NCBI RefSeq assembly: GCF_001194135.2
Contig: NC_068988.1
Span: forward strand, 46,614,567 to 46,653,276
DNA: 38,710 bases
Direction: 5' to 3'
Origin: Octopus bimaculoides
Lineage: Eukaryota
Below are positions 1 through 11,849 of this stretch, piece after piece. The position numbers and the translations under genes were made by a program. The notes below the pieces were generated by a model that saw only the letters and a list, made by a program, of their open reading frames with translations, did not search any database and had not been told where the DNA came from. The number at the start of each line of letters is the position of its first letter. Within the stretch, counting starts at the first letter, position 1.

Positions 1-2109
1 TATATATATACATATATATGTAAAGTTTCGAATGGAAAGAGGTTGCTGTTTCACGAGAATGTATTTTGTACAAGCCAACACCGGTTTAGCTCCATATCGA
101 ATTTATCAATCAGTGTTAGTATTAGTGTTAATACTTATGAAGTTCTAGTAGTCGTTATAGATATTTTCATCCATTTGCTATATGAGAACATATATTCAAT
201 TCTATAATATAAGAAAAATGGAGAATTTGAACACAAAAAAAATCAATTTATCTATATAATGGTCAATTTCACATCGCCTACGTACGTTTCAATTTATTAA
301 CTTCATTCATATTTTGCAATTAAGGTTACATTGTGCATTTAAGTCGTAAAAATATCTTTGCGCGCGTAGTCAGTTTCCTCTAACAGATCTTTAAACGCAG
401 AAAAACTTGTGAACGAAATACAATCTCAAAAACAAATGAGGACTTGGAAAAAATCAGATAAAATACAACGCAATAATTACAATTGCAATAATAATATAAC
501 ACTCTTAGCATAAAATATCATATGCTTAACCTATAACATGAATGTACATAGAATAAACTAAAACTATAAAAAATCATAGTTTAATGGACAAAACCAGCAG
601 TCGGTAGGGATCAATATGCGTGCGAGAATACATCTAATATACATGAACAATGAAGTGTCGGATAAACCTTTCACAGAGTATTGTAAATAAATTGTACCAT
701 TTTGTATCCACAATAACCTTATTTACAAACAGTGAGCTTGTGAGGACAAGGATGAGGACACGAATGTTTATGTGCGTGCGCACTCACACATACAATGGGC
801 ATTTTACAGTTTCTGTCTACCAAACTACCTCAAAGTATTGATCAATCTGCAGTTATATTTGATGGCACCTGCTACCAGTGTCTACACTGTGGGGGGAAAA
901 TACTCAGTCATGCGGACCTATAGAATTTTTTTTCATCTCATGGCCATTTCTTTAGTAATCACCAAAAGATATTAAATGTATATAGGATTTAAAATTTACG
1001 TAATGAACAAGGCAAAAAAAAAGAGAAGAAATCTATTTCGGAGTATCGATTCATCAAATATCTTGTGTTAAAAACAAAACAGCATCAGAAGATTATAGAT
1101 TCTTTGTACATATTGAATACATGCAGAAAGATTTTAAAAAAAAGTATCAGATACCACTTCACTATATAAATCAAACATATATCCGCAAAATATTAAAGCT
1201 AGCCCTCAAATGTGAATGTACGATCAAAATTCCAGGAAAGAGAGAACATTAATGGTGAATGCGGAAGTTGCAGCTCTTCTACCTTGACTATGAATTATCA
1301 TTTGTCACTATCATTATAAATACATTAGATTATGTACCAACATATTTGCAGAAAAGCCTATAAATACTCGGTTTCACGGAGAAAGATCTAAAAAAACTGA
1401 CACGGATTCTCTAAATCCAATCTATTAGTGGCACAGTGAAGATTCGTAAGACATTCCCCAAATTCTCCATCTGAGATTCTTATGTGAATAGATGCATACA
1501 TTTGGGTGTATTCATCCATAGTTTAAAAAATGCACCAACTCAGCCACATATTCACAAACACTGGGAATTCGCGTAAGTCAAAAAGTCTTGTCACTTTGTT
1601 AGCGATCGGTTTTGATCTCACTCAAGAACTTAAAACTCAAAGAAAAATCAAACTTACATATATTTGCATACACACACATATTTATATGTATGTACATGCA
1701 TGGATATATGTGCATCTGTATTCATATAAACGGAGGCGTGTGTGTGTTTATGATTCAACTACAACGCTTGTGCATCCTTAGCTTACACTGGGTATATGGA
1801 ATTCCTACCTACGCCTCTTCTGCATATTGAGGAAAGCTATTTACTTGATGACAGCAAGGCCTTTTCTGTTTTCCTACGGTATATATCATCAACATTCTTG
1901 TTATAACGTCTGATTTTCCATTGTTGTACGGATCAGACGAAATTCCTACGACTAGATGCCCTTCTACTTACCAAACCATCCACCACTGGTTTCCAAACAA
2001 TGTAACGTTTATCCATACTCAAGTTTGTTCCATGGTAAATTTGAAATGAATAGCTGGGTTTGTATGAAGGTGACATTTCTTTATAAATACCCTGTGATAT
2101 CGAGACATG

Positions 2110-2226
2110 AAGGTACAAACACACATATATACATATGCATATACAATGAGCTTCTTTCAGTTCTCATGTACCAAATCCACTCACAAAGTTTTGTTTGCAC
2201 CGGACTTGATCGAAGTGCTGTGCAGT
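2110..2226 (-). mobile_element. Degenerate fragment of the CORE-like SINE family
   Basis: GAGCTTCTTTCAGTT..TAC.AAATC.ACTCACAA after a CA/TA tract matches 34410-34441 of the fuller copy in this window. Confidence 0.45.
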
Positions 2227-3266
2227 AAAATTGATATTTTGTCAATTAAATCTTAGATGCCGAAAGTAAGAGAAAGATTTAAGTGTATGCAAAACCATAT
2301 AGCATAGAACTGATTTCTTGATGTGACAAAAAAGGAAAATATTTTAGGGTATGATTATTGTTGACTGAAATGACTGGTGGTTATATTAGTGACATATAGT
2401 GTTATGAAAGGCACAAACATTCCTGTTTGAATTTGAAATCATAACGGAAAGGGACACAAATACAACACGGTATTTATTAATCCAGTATTATACTGAGTTG
2501 ATTAATTAAAGCTTATCAATGTCATCTTTCATATGCTCAGCTCGAATTTAGGAAGAATTTATAATCGAATCTCTTTAAAGAGTCACTTAGACTGGTTAGT
2601 TATTTACACAAGAATTGTTTCTCCCCCGAATCTTTTACTGATTTCAGCACAAAGACAATGCTACTTAACTTTACTCACCATCCAACAACAGTAGAATTAT
2701 AATAAATGTACTGCTGAATCAAGGACAGTAATTGTTTATAGGTCATATCATTACTTCAAGCATCTGATGGCATTTCTACTAACTTTTTCTTAATAATTGT
2801 AGTTTCATTGTTCAAACTGTTGTAGTTCATGATATCATTGCACTTCTTCTTACCACTGACGTTGTTGCTGTTACTCTTGTTGTTGTTGTTGTTGTTGTCG
2901 TCGTTGCGCTAGCTATTCTCAATAAATCTTTCCGATGTTCATGCTAATCAGTAAATCACTGACGAATGCAATGAACAAGTAAATTCGAACAAAAGTCGTT
3001 ACATCAGTCTGCGTAAATTACGTTCTCTAGTAATAACGAGTCACCTTTGCACGACTCTTGCTTCATTATCGACGACAAAAATCTGTTGAATATTTTATTT
3101 TTGCTCTAAAGCTTATTAGCAGGCTGACTTTTCATAGGAAAGGTCTACGATTAATCAAGTGTTCTCTCTTAGAAGTCTGAATAATATCAAAGATACATCT
3201 CACATTAGCTGAATACTTTCTATCTGATCGAATGTCGTTTGTAATTGGACAGAACAGACAACAGTT

Positions 3267-3356
3267 TCATAAAGGTGAAAGGTAAATGTGAACAAATTTT
3301 CCACTTGAATTTTCTGCAAATATTGTCTCTCCTCTGGTGATAGAAGCAATTATTGG
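3267..3356 (-). CDS. Candidate terminal coding exon of an unidentified gene (PIIASITRGETIFAENSSGKFVHIYLSPL*)
   Basis: Minus-strand acceptor TTATTCCATTCAG, a 90-nt open frame ending in TGA, and AATAAA ~170 nt downstream (3094-3099). The phase fits the 4639-4739 candidate. No homology recognised. Confidence 0.3.
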   Translation of the reverse strand, partial: PIIASITRGETIFAENSSGKFVHIYLSPL

Positions 3357-3581
3357 CTGAATGGAATAACACTGACAATTAACAAGTCTTCCTATTTCAG
3401 GATTTCTTTAACGTGAATCAGATAGAATGAAATATGAACATACAATTTGTTTCACAATAGATACCCATGACTTTTAGTATTGTATGAATTATAAATTTCT
3501 GTCATATTGTATACAAATTCCAATAATATTTATGCGAGTGTATATGATACAGGATTTATCTTTGATAATGATGATAATAGT

Positions 3582-3584
<3 letters not shown>

Positions 3585-3652
<68 letters not shown>

Positions 3653-3680
3653 GAAGAAGAAGAAGAAGAAGAAGAAGAAG
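3585..3680. repeat. Compound (AAT)n-(AAG)n microsatellite
   Basis: Directly visible; source of the poly-I/N/R/K ORFs at 3484-3791. Confidence 0.97.
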
Positions 3681-4638
3681 AATAGTAATAACTTCAAAAG
3701 TCAGAAGGGTATGAAGTTGCTAAGAATAGTTAATATCAAAAGTAAATGCATTAACATTTGCAGCAATCAAGCTCTCTTAGTCACGTTCTAAGTTCAAATC
3801 TTGCTGTAATCGATCCTTTCCTTCCATAATATAGGCATTGTTAAACGCTGTAGGACAATAATACATTGGTGTCGTTCCTACTGAACAATCCATTTTATAT
3901 CTAGTCAAAATAAAGGTAATATTAAATACAGGTTTTTATATAAAACCTGTAATATTAAATACAAGTTTTTATATAAATATGGTGTAAATTGCTACTCAGC
4001 AAACAATTGCTTCTTCATGCCTCATTAACATTTCTGAGTAAGCTATTAAGCTACATGTGGTGGTTTTGACCCATTTCAGGAATCTTGAAGAGTTTGGGTT
4101 TAATTTCATTCTCCATTACACCCAGGTTAGCAGTGCTGCTCACCGATCCCAGTTTGAGGTCGAATAATGGATGGTAAATATTGAAGACAGCTGGCTCTTA
4201 GACATGTGCCACACAGGCCCACCAGTGTGCATCTACGTATGTTACGGTGAAGCTACATAAGTATAAAATAGATCTTGTGCTTCAATGGTACGCTCAATCG
4301 AGCAGAAGATGAGCAGCGTAAGTTATAAAACAATGGAAAACTACTGCTATACCTTTACCAAGAAAAACCACGAACCTTCGGATACTGGCATACAAGTTCA
4401 TACTCCCCTGTAGACATGAAGAGAGAGTGAGAAAAAGAGAACGAGAGAGAGGACTATTAACAGACCCTGCTATATCACAATTTTTTTGTTGCTTTGTGGG
4501 GCTCGTCGATATCCGCGGTATTCCGGGACATTTCTTGTGGATATTTGGAGCAGTTCCATCTGTTTCAGACATATTTGATTCGAGTGATGATAAGTTGCAT
4601 CGGTGGATCTGTTCGAACCCCTGTCCCACTAAACTTAC

Positions 4639-4739
4639 TTTGCACATGGTTGCATTCTCATATTTCCAGCAACACTTTAGGACATATCTCGTTTGTTCAA
4701 AGCTTCGTATGGCTGCCTTAATTATTTCTAACATTAAAT
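4639..4739 (-). CDS. Candidate internal coding exon (xLMLEIIKAAIRSFEQTRYVLKCCWKYENATMCK)
   Basis: Minus-strand acceptor CATTTTAAATATATTTTTAG and donor AAA|GTAAGT bound a 101-nt open frame (phase 1 to 0) inside ORF 4294-4821. No homology recognised. Confidence 0.35.
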
Positions 4740-4830
4740 CTAAAAATATATTTAAAATGAGCGTATACGTTTGAAGGAACATACTATGCAACCACACACA
4801 CGCACACACAAACACACACACGCACTATAT

Positions 4831-4865
4831 NNNNNNNNNNNNNNNNNNNNNNNNNNNNNNNNNNN
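4831..4865. other. Assembly gap (first of nine; others at 7532-7794, 22470-22570, 23455-23464, 26651-26818, 30810-31427, 33549-33558, 34669-35242, 37494-37865)
   Basis: Runs of N, mostly flanked by TA/CA/CT microsatellites. Confidence 0.99.
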
Positions 4866-6830
4866 ATATATATATATATATATATACATACATATATATA
4901 TATCCATATATCATATTAACGTACATGATACGTTATATCATATATTATATGTTTGTCAAAGAAACCAAATAAACGAACTCAATGCTACTTTTTAATATTA
5001 GTAGAGTGAACACAATTTATTGGTAGTTGTGCCGGCATATGTACCATTTATTTCACTGTATTAAGTTTGTCAGAGCATTATTTTTGCTAGTGGTATGAAA
5101 AACGTCATATATCGAATCAAATTTTACATGTTCAGCACAAATATTAATAAAAAATATGTGTAATTTCGTGTATATGTCTTTATGTATGTGTATAAAACAC
5201 AGATTTGTGTATTTTGTTTATTATAATCCTACCTGAAGATATGCGCAGAAAACTCAAGAATGATAAGATTTACTTCAATTTCGATTATTTATTCTTATTA
5301 GAGTCATCTCAAATTTCTGAGGCTTTGTTTTATCTGTATAAACTTTTATATTTTATTTCACTATTTCATTATTGTAATTGAATGTATTCAACTTCTGCGT
5401 AAAATTTAGTCGAAGGAAAAAGAATAGCAAGCAAGACTTTCTCCAGAAGTTTTGGGAGCAGTAGGTGTATTGAAGGAAGCTATCCTCAATCCGAAGACCT
5501 GTTCTATATACTTATAACAGAATGGTTTCAGCTATGACCAGGTGGAGGTTTAAAGTCGGTGACGGATGAAATCTGCCACCAAGAACCTGATGTATAGACA
5601 CACTAATGCAGACACACATACAGGTGGACATTAAAAGATTTACAATCTCGCTTTGTTTTCTAAATAGCATTTATCTGAAACTATTACCATCGTCAACAAA
5701 ACTTGTCCCATCATCAGCTTAATGTATACACTTTGATTCTAAGATGAGTGTCAATAAAATAAGAATAGAAACGAAAATAGATAGAGGTAAAAAGAGAAAC
5801 TGATAAAATAACCCTTTCTAAAACGACAGACAGTAAAATAACTGGAATGGCAAATGAGGACAATCTATTTTTATTCTACATGTTTTTCAGAAAAAAAAGC
5901 AGATTAAGAAAAAGGAGAAACACAAAAATAATGAGAGGAAGATATAAAAACAAAAACAAAAAAAAAAGTCCTGTTTAATATTACGAATTGTATCAAAAGA
6001 TAGTTTTCATCTTGATAAGCTAGAGGATATTTTGAAAACCGGTGATAATATATATTTTATGCATAATGTTGCTGTTGTGGCAGTTTATATGCGTGTATGG
6101 GTGAGGGCATTCGTATTTACGTGTGTGCAATGGTGAGGAATTTAAGTAGAGATATTGCATATCAGAATTGCATATGTATTTATATGAAAGTATTTGCATG
6201 TATGAGTAGCATATAACTTATCGCATATATATTTGTGTGTGTGTGTGTGTGTGTGTATGTGTGTGTGTGTATGTATGTGTGAAAGACTACATACTTATTT
6301 TGACATGTATATTTTGTGATATTCTTTTGCACGATTTCATTACGCACACACATATACACACAATATATATATAAATGCATTTGATACGTACATACATATA
6401 AATATATATAAATACATATATTATTGCATACATAGAATAGCTTAATACATACACATGGATATTAAATACATACATATATGTATATATATTTAATACATAT
6501 ACATATATGCATATATGTATATATATTGTATATATGCTTTTTTTATTTATGTATGTACATTCATAAAAGTGCACATTTATATAGATATTTTAAATATGTG
6601 ATAAGAATTCCTCTTGTTATGGCAGAGCCAGCTTCAGAATAGAGATATCTAAAAGACCTCCACGAAAAGATAACATAGCCTTCTATCTTCCTTTATTTTT
6701 GTTCGACATTTCTATCTTCACATTCATCATCATCTTCATCATTATCTCGTTCTTTTTCTTTTCTCTTCTCCTTTCGATTTCGTTCGTTTCTTTCATTTTA
6801 TGTGTTTGTTTTCGTTTTGTTTTGTTTCAG

Positions 6831-6848
6831 TCAGGACGATGAGACAGG
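6831..6848 (+). CDS. Candidate 18-nt microexon (xQDDETG)
   Basis: ~70-nt U-rich polypyrimidine tract ending TTTGTTTCAG, then TCAGGACGATGAGACAGG, then GTGAGT. The length is a multiple of 3. Confidence 0.3.
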
Positions 6849-7487
6849 GTGAGTTGTTGGTAAGTTGCGGGTTACAAAAATCCAACTCGAAGCCTTCCAG
6901 CTTTTGCTTACAATTAACGCTCCATTGAACAAACTATGAAAAACGGAGAGGACAAGTCTTATCGGCCAATAGTTATTACAAGAAGCAATGGAACGAAATA
7001 TCTCCAATATTTTATTTTTCTCTTTTCCTTTTTCTCTTCTTCTTATCCAACTATGTCTCCAGAAGTATAACGACATTTTTGTTCATTACATTTTATCTTT
7101 GTTGCTGTTATTGTTTTCTTTGGTGGTGGAAATGGTGGTAGTGGTGTGTAGAAATAAAGGTATTTATGGATTTATTTTTGCATTGCTTTTCTTTCTTTCG
7201 CTCTTTAAACAGAAAAAATCTTAATGTAATGCTGGACAAAGCATTAGTAAAAAAAAAAAAAAGAAGCATAGTAAGTTATCTGTCCGTTTGTCTGTCTCAT
7301 GTTTGTGTGTTTGTCTATGTATTTGCCTACTGATCTCTCTCTCTCTTTGTCTGTTTGTCCTATTCTGTCTATTTCTCTCTTTCTTCCTCTATAGCAGTCG
7401 CTCTACCGTCTACCCTCCACTTTCTCTTTCAATATATCTCTTCTCTCACTCGCTCACTCTCACTCACTCGCTCATTCACTCACTCAC

Positions 7488-7489
<2 letters not shown>

Positions 7490-7531
<42 letters not shown>
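7490..7531. repeat. (CT)n microsatellite preceded by a CTCA/CTCG tract
   Basis: Directly visible; runs into a gap. Confidence 0.97.
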
Positions 7532-8161
7532 NNNNNNNNNNNNNNNNNNNNNNNNNNNNNNNNNNNNNNNNNNNNNNNNNNNNNNNNNNNNNNNNNNNNN
7601 NNNNNNNNNNNNNNNNNNNNNNNNNNNNNNNNNNNNNNNNNNNNNNNNNNNNNNNNNNNNNNNNNNNNNNNNNNNNNNNNNNNNNNNNNNNNNNNNNNNN
7701 NNNNNNNNNNNNNNNNNNNNNNNNNNNNNNNNNNNNNNNNNNNNNNNNNNNNNNNNNNNNNNNNNNNNNNNNNNNNNNNNNNNNNNNNNNNNNNGTAATG
7801 AAACATGCAGTGTATTTCCATAAAGAACAATTATACATGAATAACTTTGCATAATTGTATTACACACACACACACACACACACAGACATGTATTTGTACT
7901 TGGTTAAAACAAACTCGACTCAACGACCAGACTACACAAAGTGAGCAAATATTTTACTCTTTGCTACAGAAAACAAAGCCATTATGGAGATATGTCACAT
8001 TTATATGGCAATGATTAGTGTTTCTCGCTTGGTCTACCTGCACTTGCCATTTGCATAAAAAATAGACATTTTCATAGTTGATCGAAAGTGTATAACTCAA
8101 AATAATAGAATCAACCTTTTTAAAATGAAAAAATTATCTCCCATCAATATCGTATTTACAG

Positions 8162-8461
8162 AATTTTTTTCGTCCATAATACTTTTTGTATATTCGGTAC
8201 AATGAGAACAGCCATAGAATTTTCAAGGTCTCTCGGACTCATTTCTGTAGTGAACACAGAACAAAACTCTAGAGCAGTAGTTCTGGAGTGGATTGATTTG
8301 AGAGTATTCATTACAAAGTTTGAGAGGGAGACACTGAAACGTGAGAAAAATAAAGATACGGCAAGCATGGCCATTGCATTAAGTAAAGCTAGGGTTGAAG
8401 TGGTGCATAGCTTGCAGTTCAGAGAAGTTATTGTACTAATGATGGAAGAAACAGTACATTT
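8162..8461 (+). CDS. Candidate 300-nt symmetric (phase 2-2) coding exon, product unknown (IFFVHNTFCIFGTMRTAIEFSRSLG...REVIVLMMEETVH)
   Basis: Acceptor TATCGTATTTACAG, donor TTT|GTGAGT, and a frame open throughout. An antisense frame is also open, and a decayed LINE endonuclease cannot be excluded. Confidence 0.33.
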
Positions 8462-8567
8462 GTGAGTCAGTACCAAGCAAGGAAGTGAACTTAGGAGACA
8501 TTCTGAGATTTGGTTTGTGTAGCAACAGTTTGATCCGATACGTCATCAGTAGTTCTACCATACTGAC

Positions 8568-8760
8568 AAAGCTGAGCGGTTGAGAAGTTTGTTCTGCAAC
8601 CATGTAGTTTCAGATTCAGCCTCACTGCTCGGCATCTTGGCTAAGTGACTTCTACTACAGGCTTGGGTCCACTTGTGAGTCGATTTTTCTAGATAAAAAC
8701 AGGAAAGAAGCTCCATGTTACACAACTCTGTGTATGTGTGTGTGTATGTGTGTGGGTGTG
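8568..8760 (+). mobile_element. Degenerate tRNA-derived CORE-like SINE
   Basis: Collinear with the reverse complement of 34410-34555 (head ...GAAGTTTGTTCTGCAACCATGT...TTCAG, GGCATCTTGGCTAAGTGACTTCTACTA, TTGTGAGT, GAAAGAAGCTC) and ends in a TG tract. Confidence 0.7.
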
Positions 8761-9057
8761 GGTGTGCATGTGTTATGTTTGTTCTGTGAGATGGCTTGTA
8801 CGAAACTGTGTGGATGATGATGCTGCTGTTGGTTTCTCCTGCCTACAAATTGTTCGGTCTCTTCATGCTTTTGAAGCCGTTTGGAAATAGGAGTTTTTCC
8901 TTGAAAGCCAGGCAAGATCTAACGACATAAAAGCTGTCCACCTGTAAAAGAATGGCGCAAGTAACAGGCATGCAAGCAACGAAAAAATGACGTAAAAAAG
9001 GACAAATGAATTTTCTAAAATTTGGTTTGTATAGCAACAGTCAAGTTATTTCGAGAC

Positions 9058-9192
9058 TGCCAAGCAAAATAAATGATATCGGTGTGAACGAGACTGGAAC
9101 CAATGGTGAAGGTACTGCACTCGACAGTTTCCCCACTGTGCAACATGGTGTGTCCGGTCGTAATCCAGCAACTGATGACCATGCCACAAGAC
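9058..9192 (+). mobile_element. Orphan copy of the N-terminal ORF segment of the R4/Dong element
   Basis: Aligns with 10620-10757 (TGCCAAGCAAAATA...GGAACCAATGGTGAAGGTAC...CCCACTGTGCAACA...CCGGTCGTAATCCAGCAACTGAT...AAGAC) with scattered substitutions. Confidence 0.85.
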
Positions 9193-9802
9193 TATTTGTA
9201 TGTGAAGCAGGTGAACACAAATAAGGGTTATGGTCACTAAAATCTATAAAGACAAAAATATCAGTTTGAGCTGAACTAGAATATATGTTCTCAATGCACG
9301 AAAAGAGATTGTTGAATAAGTAAACGTGGGTAGAACAATTTAGAGTCCATGTAAACTTAGGATAATGAAGAAGAATTGAGTCAGAATAATAAAGAGACCG
9401 AAAATATATTTAACCGGATTCATCCAAATATCATCAACGTCGTCGTTGTCGTCGTCAACATGATCATCATCATCATCATCTGATGCAATAACGACGCCTA
9501 TTTTAGCATCTATTTCCCAATGCACGAGTTAGATGTGTCTAATACAGTTTGTCACTCTTTAATTTGATCCTTTGACACCTCATTTGTAAGTCTTATATTC
9601 TGATTCATCATCATCATTTCTTCTTATGTCATTTGTGAACTTTCTCAACTACAGACACATAACACTACTGTCGACCGTCAGTATATGCTAACTTTTCCAT
9701 CAAGTATTTGCTGTCAATTCACATTATAACCTCATACCAGAATAGCTTCTCATTTGCTATCCAGCCGACGATGCATTTCACTAACACTCCGTCTTTCATG
9801 TA

Positions 9803-9814
9803 TAATAATAACAA

Positions 9815-9892
<78 letters not shown>

Positions 9893-9917
9893 GAAGAAGA
9901 AGAAGAAGAAGAAGAAG
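9803..9917. repeat. Compound (AAT)n-(AAG)n microsatellite at the 5' junction of the retrotransposon
   Basis: Directly visible. Confidence 0.97.
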
Positions 9918-11849
9918 AATGATAAAATAATGCGACTTAACCGGCAACCCCACTAAGCTTGCTTGCTGAGGAGAATGGATTTCGACACCCTGCAGGATTA
10001 AAAACTAACCAGGGCAAAAGGCAGAGGAAGTTAAAAAATCAATGGCTATTCCAAAAACGGTCAGACAGAACTCGTGAGCCTTGGTTGGCAGTCTGTCTAG
10101 GAGAAAGGACACTGATTTAAAAACTGGAGTAAATAGTACACTTTAGTCACAGCGGTGACAACCTGTCAGTGTCCAATGGCTTCATGCTTAGGATGAAGGT
10201 GATGAACCACGAATCAGGACTTAACTCCGGAGCAATATTTGGATGAAGATACGGGACCAACTGACTCACACCTATCTCCTATTGAGAATTAGGATCATGG
10301 CCCCCAATACACTGTAATGCGAAGGAAACAGATCCAACTTATGGGTAGTAAGAGCTCTGCAGTCTTGGTTGACTCTTTCGCCAAACCAACAGGATAAGTG
10401 TGAGAAAAGGCGAGTATCTGACGCCTTCGAATAACCAGTGCTGTAGGCTGTACTCGTTAGCCTTTGGTTGCAAGCAGCCTAAGAGAAGGAGCACTCTGAG
10501 TCTAAAACCAGGGGAGCAAGGGCCCTGCCACTTTAGCGGACTATCTTGACAGAGTTGGTGTCACGATAAAAATATCGGTTGGTAGTAACCTAAAAACACA
10601 CATCATTTGTGAGTGAAAATGCCAAGCAAAATAGATGACGATAACGGTGTGAACGGAAATGGAACCAATGGTGAAGGTACCGCACCCGGGAGGTGCCCCA
10701 CTGTGCAACAGGTTGGGCCCGGTCGTAATCCAGCAACTGATAACCATGCTATAAGACATAGGTGGAGTAAACAAGTAAACGTGATGGTTATAGAGTGTTA
10801 CTACCGGAGTACCCCCACTAGATGCGAATGGCGTGCCTGCCAGAGGGTACAGAAAACGAATTCACAGTGAATGGAAGGCAATGGAATTGTTCGAAATTGC
10901 TGGACAGAGATTATGTGATCATGTAAGAGCAATATGAAAGAATAAATGGTTAACAGAATTGAAGATAGAAGCTATTAAGAAAAGGGTATCGGGTGATGCT
11001 GGGCATGCAAGAAACGAAAGTGTTATAGTGAAAGAGATAGAAAATTGTTCACAAGAATATAATACCGTGAATTGTGAAAGAACTGAGATCAGTGACTACT
11101 CAAATAATGAAGATCGATAAATAATAGACAGAATTTTGGATCTATTAAATACAGAAAGGACAGGACAGAATTTATGTGCGACTTTAAGAAGGCTAACCAA
11201 TGGAGACTAAATCAAGAGACAAATAAAGTCAATATTGTACTGAGACACATTGAAACAAAGAACATCACACAAATAAATAATCTTTTTAAGGCTGCTAGTA
11301 GGATTGTGGCAGAAGAGATGGGGTTGAGAACTGCTGAGAATAGAACAGCGACGGATAGAGGAAGAAATAAACAACCGTGGTGGAAAAGGAAAACTTTTAA
11401 AGATATAAACTTGAACAGTGTAGTGTCAATACTTGTTAGGAAAGAAATAGAGAACTTAATAAGGGATGGAAATGCGAAGAAGTTAGGAAAAGTTATGATG
11501 TAGACACAAAAGGCCTGAATGTTGTAATTGAAGAACTAAAGCAGCGCATACATGCAAAAAAGAAAAAAAAACTGAATAGGTTTTAACAACGGATTAAGCA
11601 ATACCAGCAAAACAAATTGTTTAGATCCGACCAAAAAAGATTTTATCAAGAGATTAATGACAATAAAAATGTGAGAGATTAGTCCCTGATGTTACCGAAA
11701 GTCAATTTTTGGTGGGTAAGATATGGAGTAAGCAAGAACAACATAATGCTACAACAGCATGTTTTTACAGCCTGAAGAAAACAGCTTCTTATCCCCAGGA
11801 AGAGATTATTTACTTCACAGAAAACAGTATCAGAAATATGAGTAAAAAT

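Noticed and set aside
3484-3791. ORFs with poly-Ile/Asn/Arg/Lys runs (also 9708-9956, 25162-25718, 16129-16528, 22823-23041)
   Set aside because: They are translations of AAT/AAG/GAT/TCTA microsatellites, not genes.
3915-3978. ~34-bp tandem duplication containing a 10-bp inverted repeat (also a ~25-bp tandem at 36050-36100)
   Set aside because: Only two units in AT-rich DNA, consistent with ordinary replication slippage. No spacers, so not a CRISPR array.
5233-5333. Minus-strand AG...CAG|GTAGGA bounded segment
   Set aside because: Stop codons in all three frames.
8847-8941. Minus-strand 95-nt AG/GT-bounded open frame (VDSFYVVRSCLAFKEKLLFPNG...)
   Set aside because: Weak donor, wedged between TE fragments, and no convincing phase partner; left unannotated.
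9165-9230. CTGATGA on the plus strand
   Set aside because: It lies in the coding-derived fragment (ACT GAT GAC) and has no properly placed GAAA or stems.
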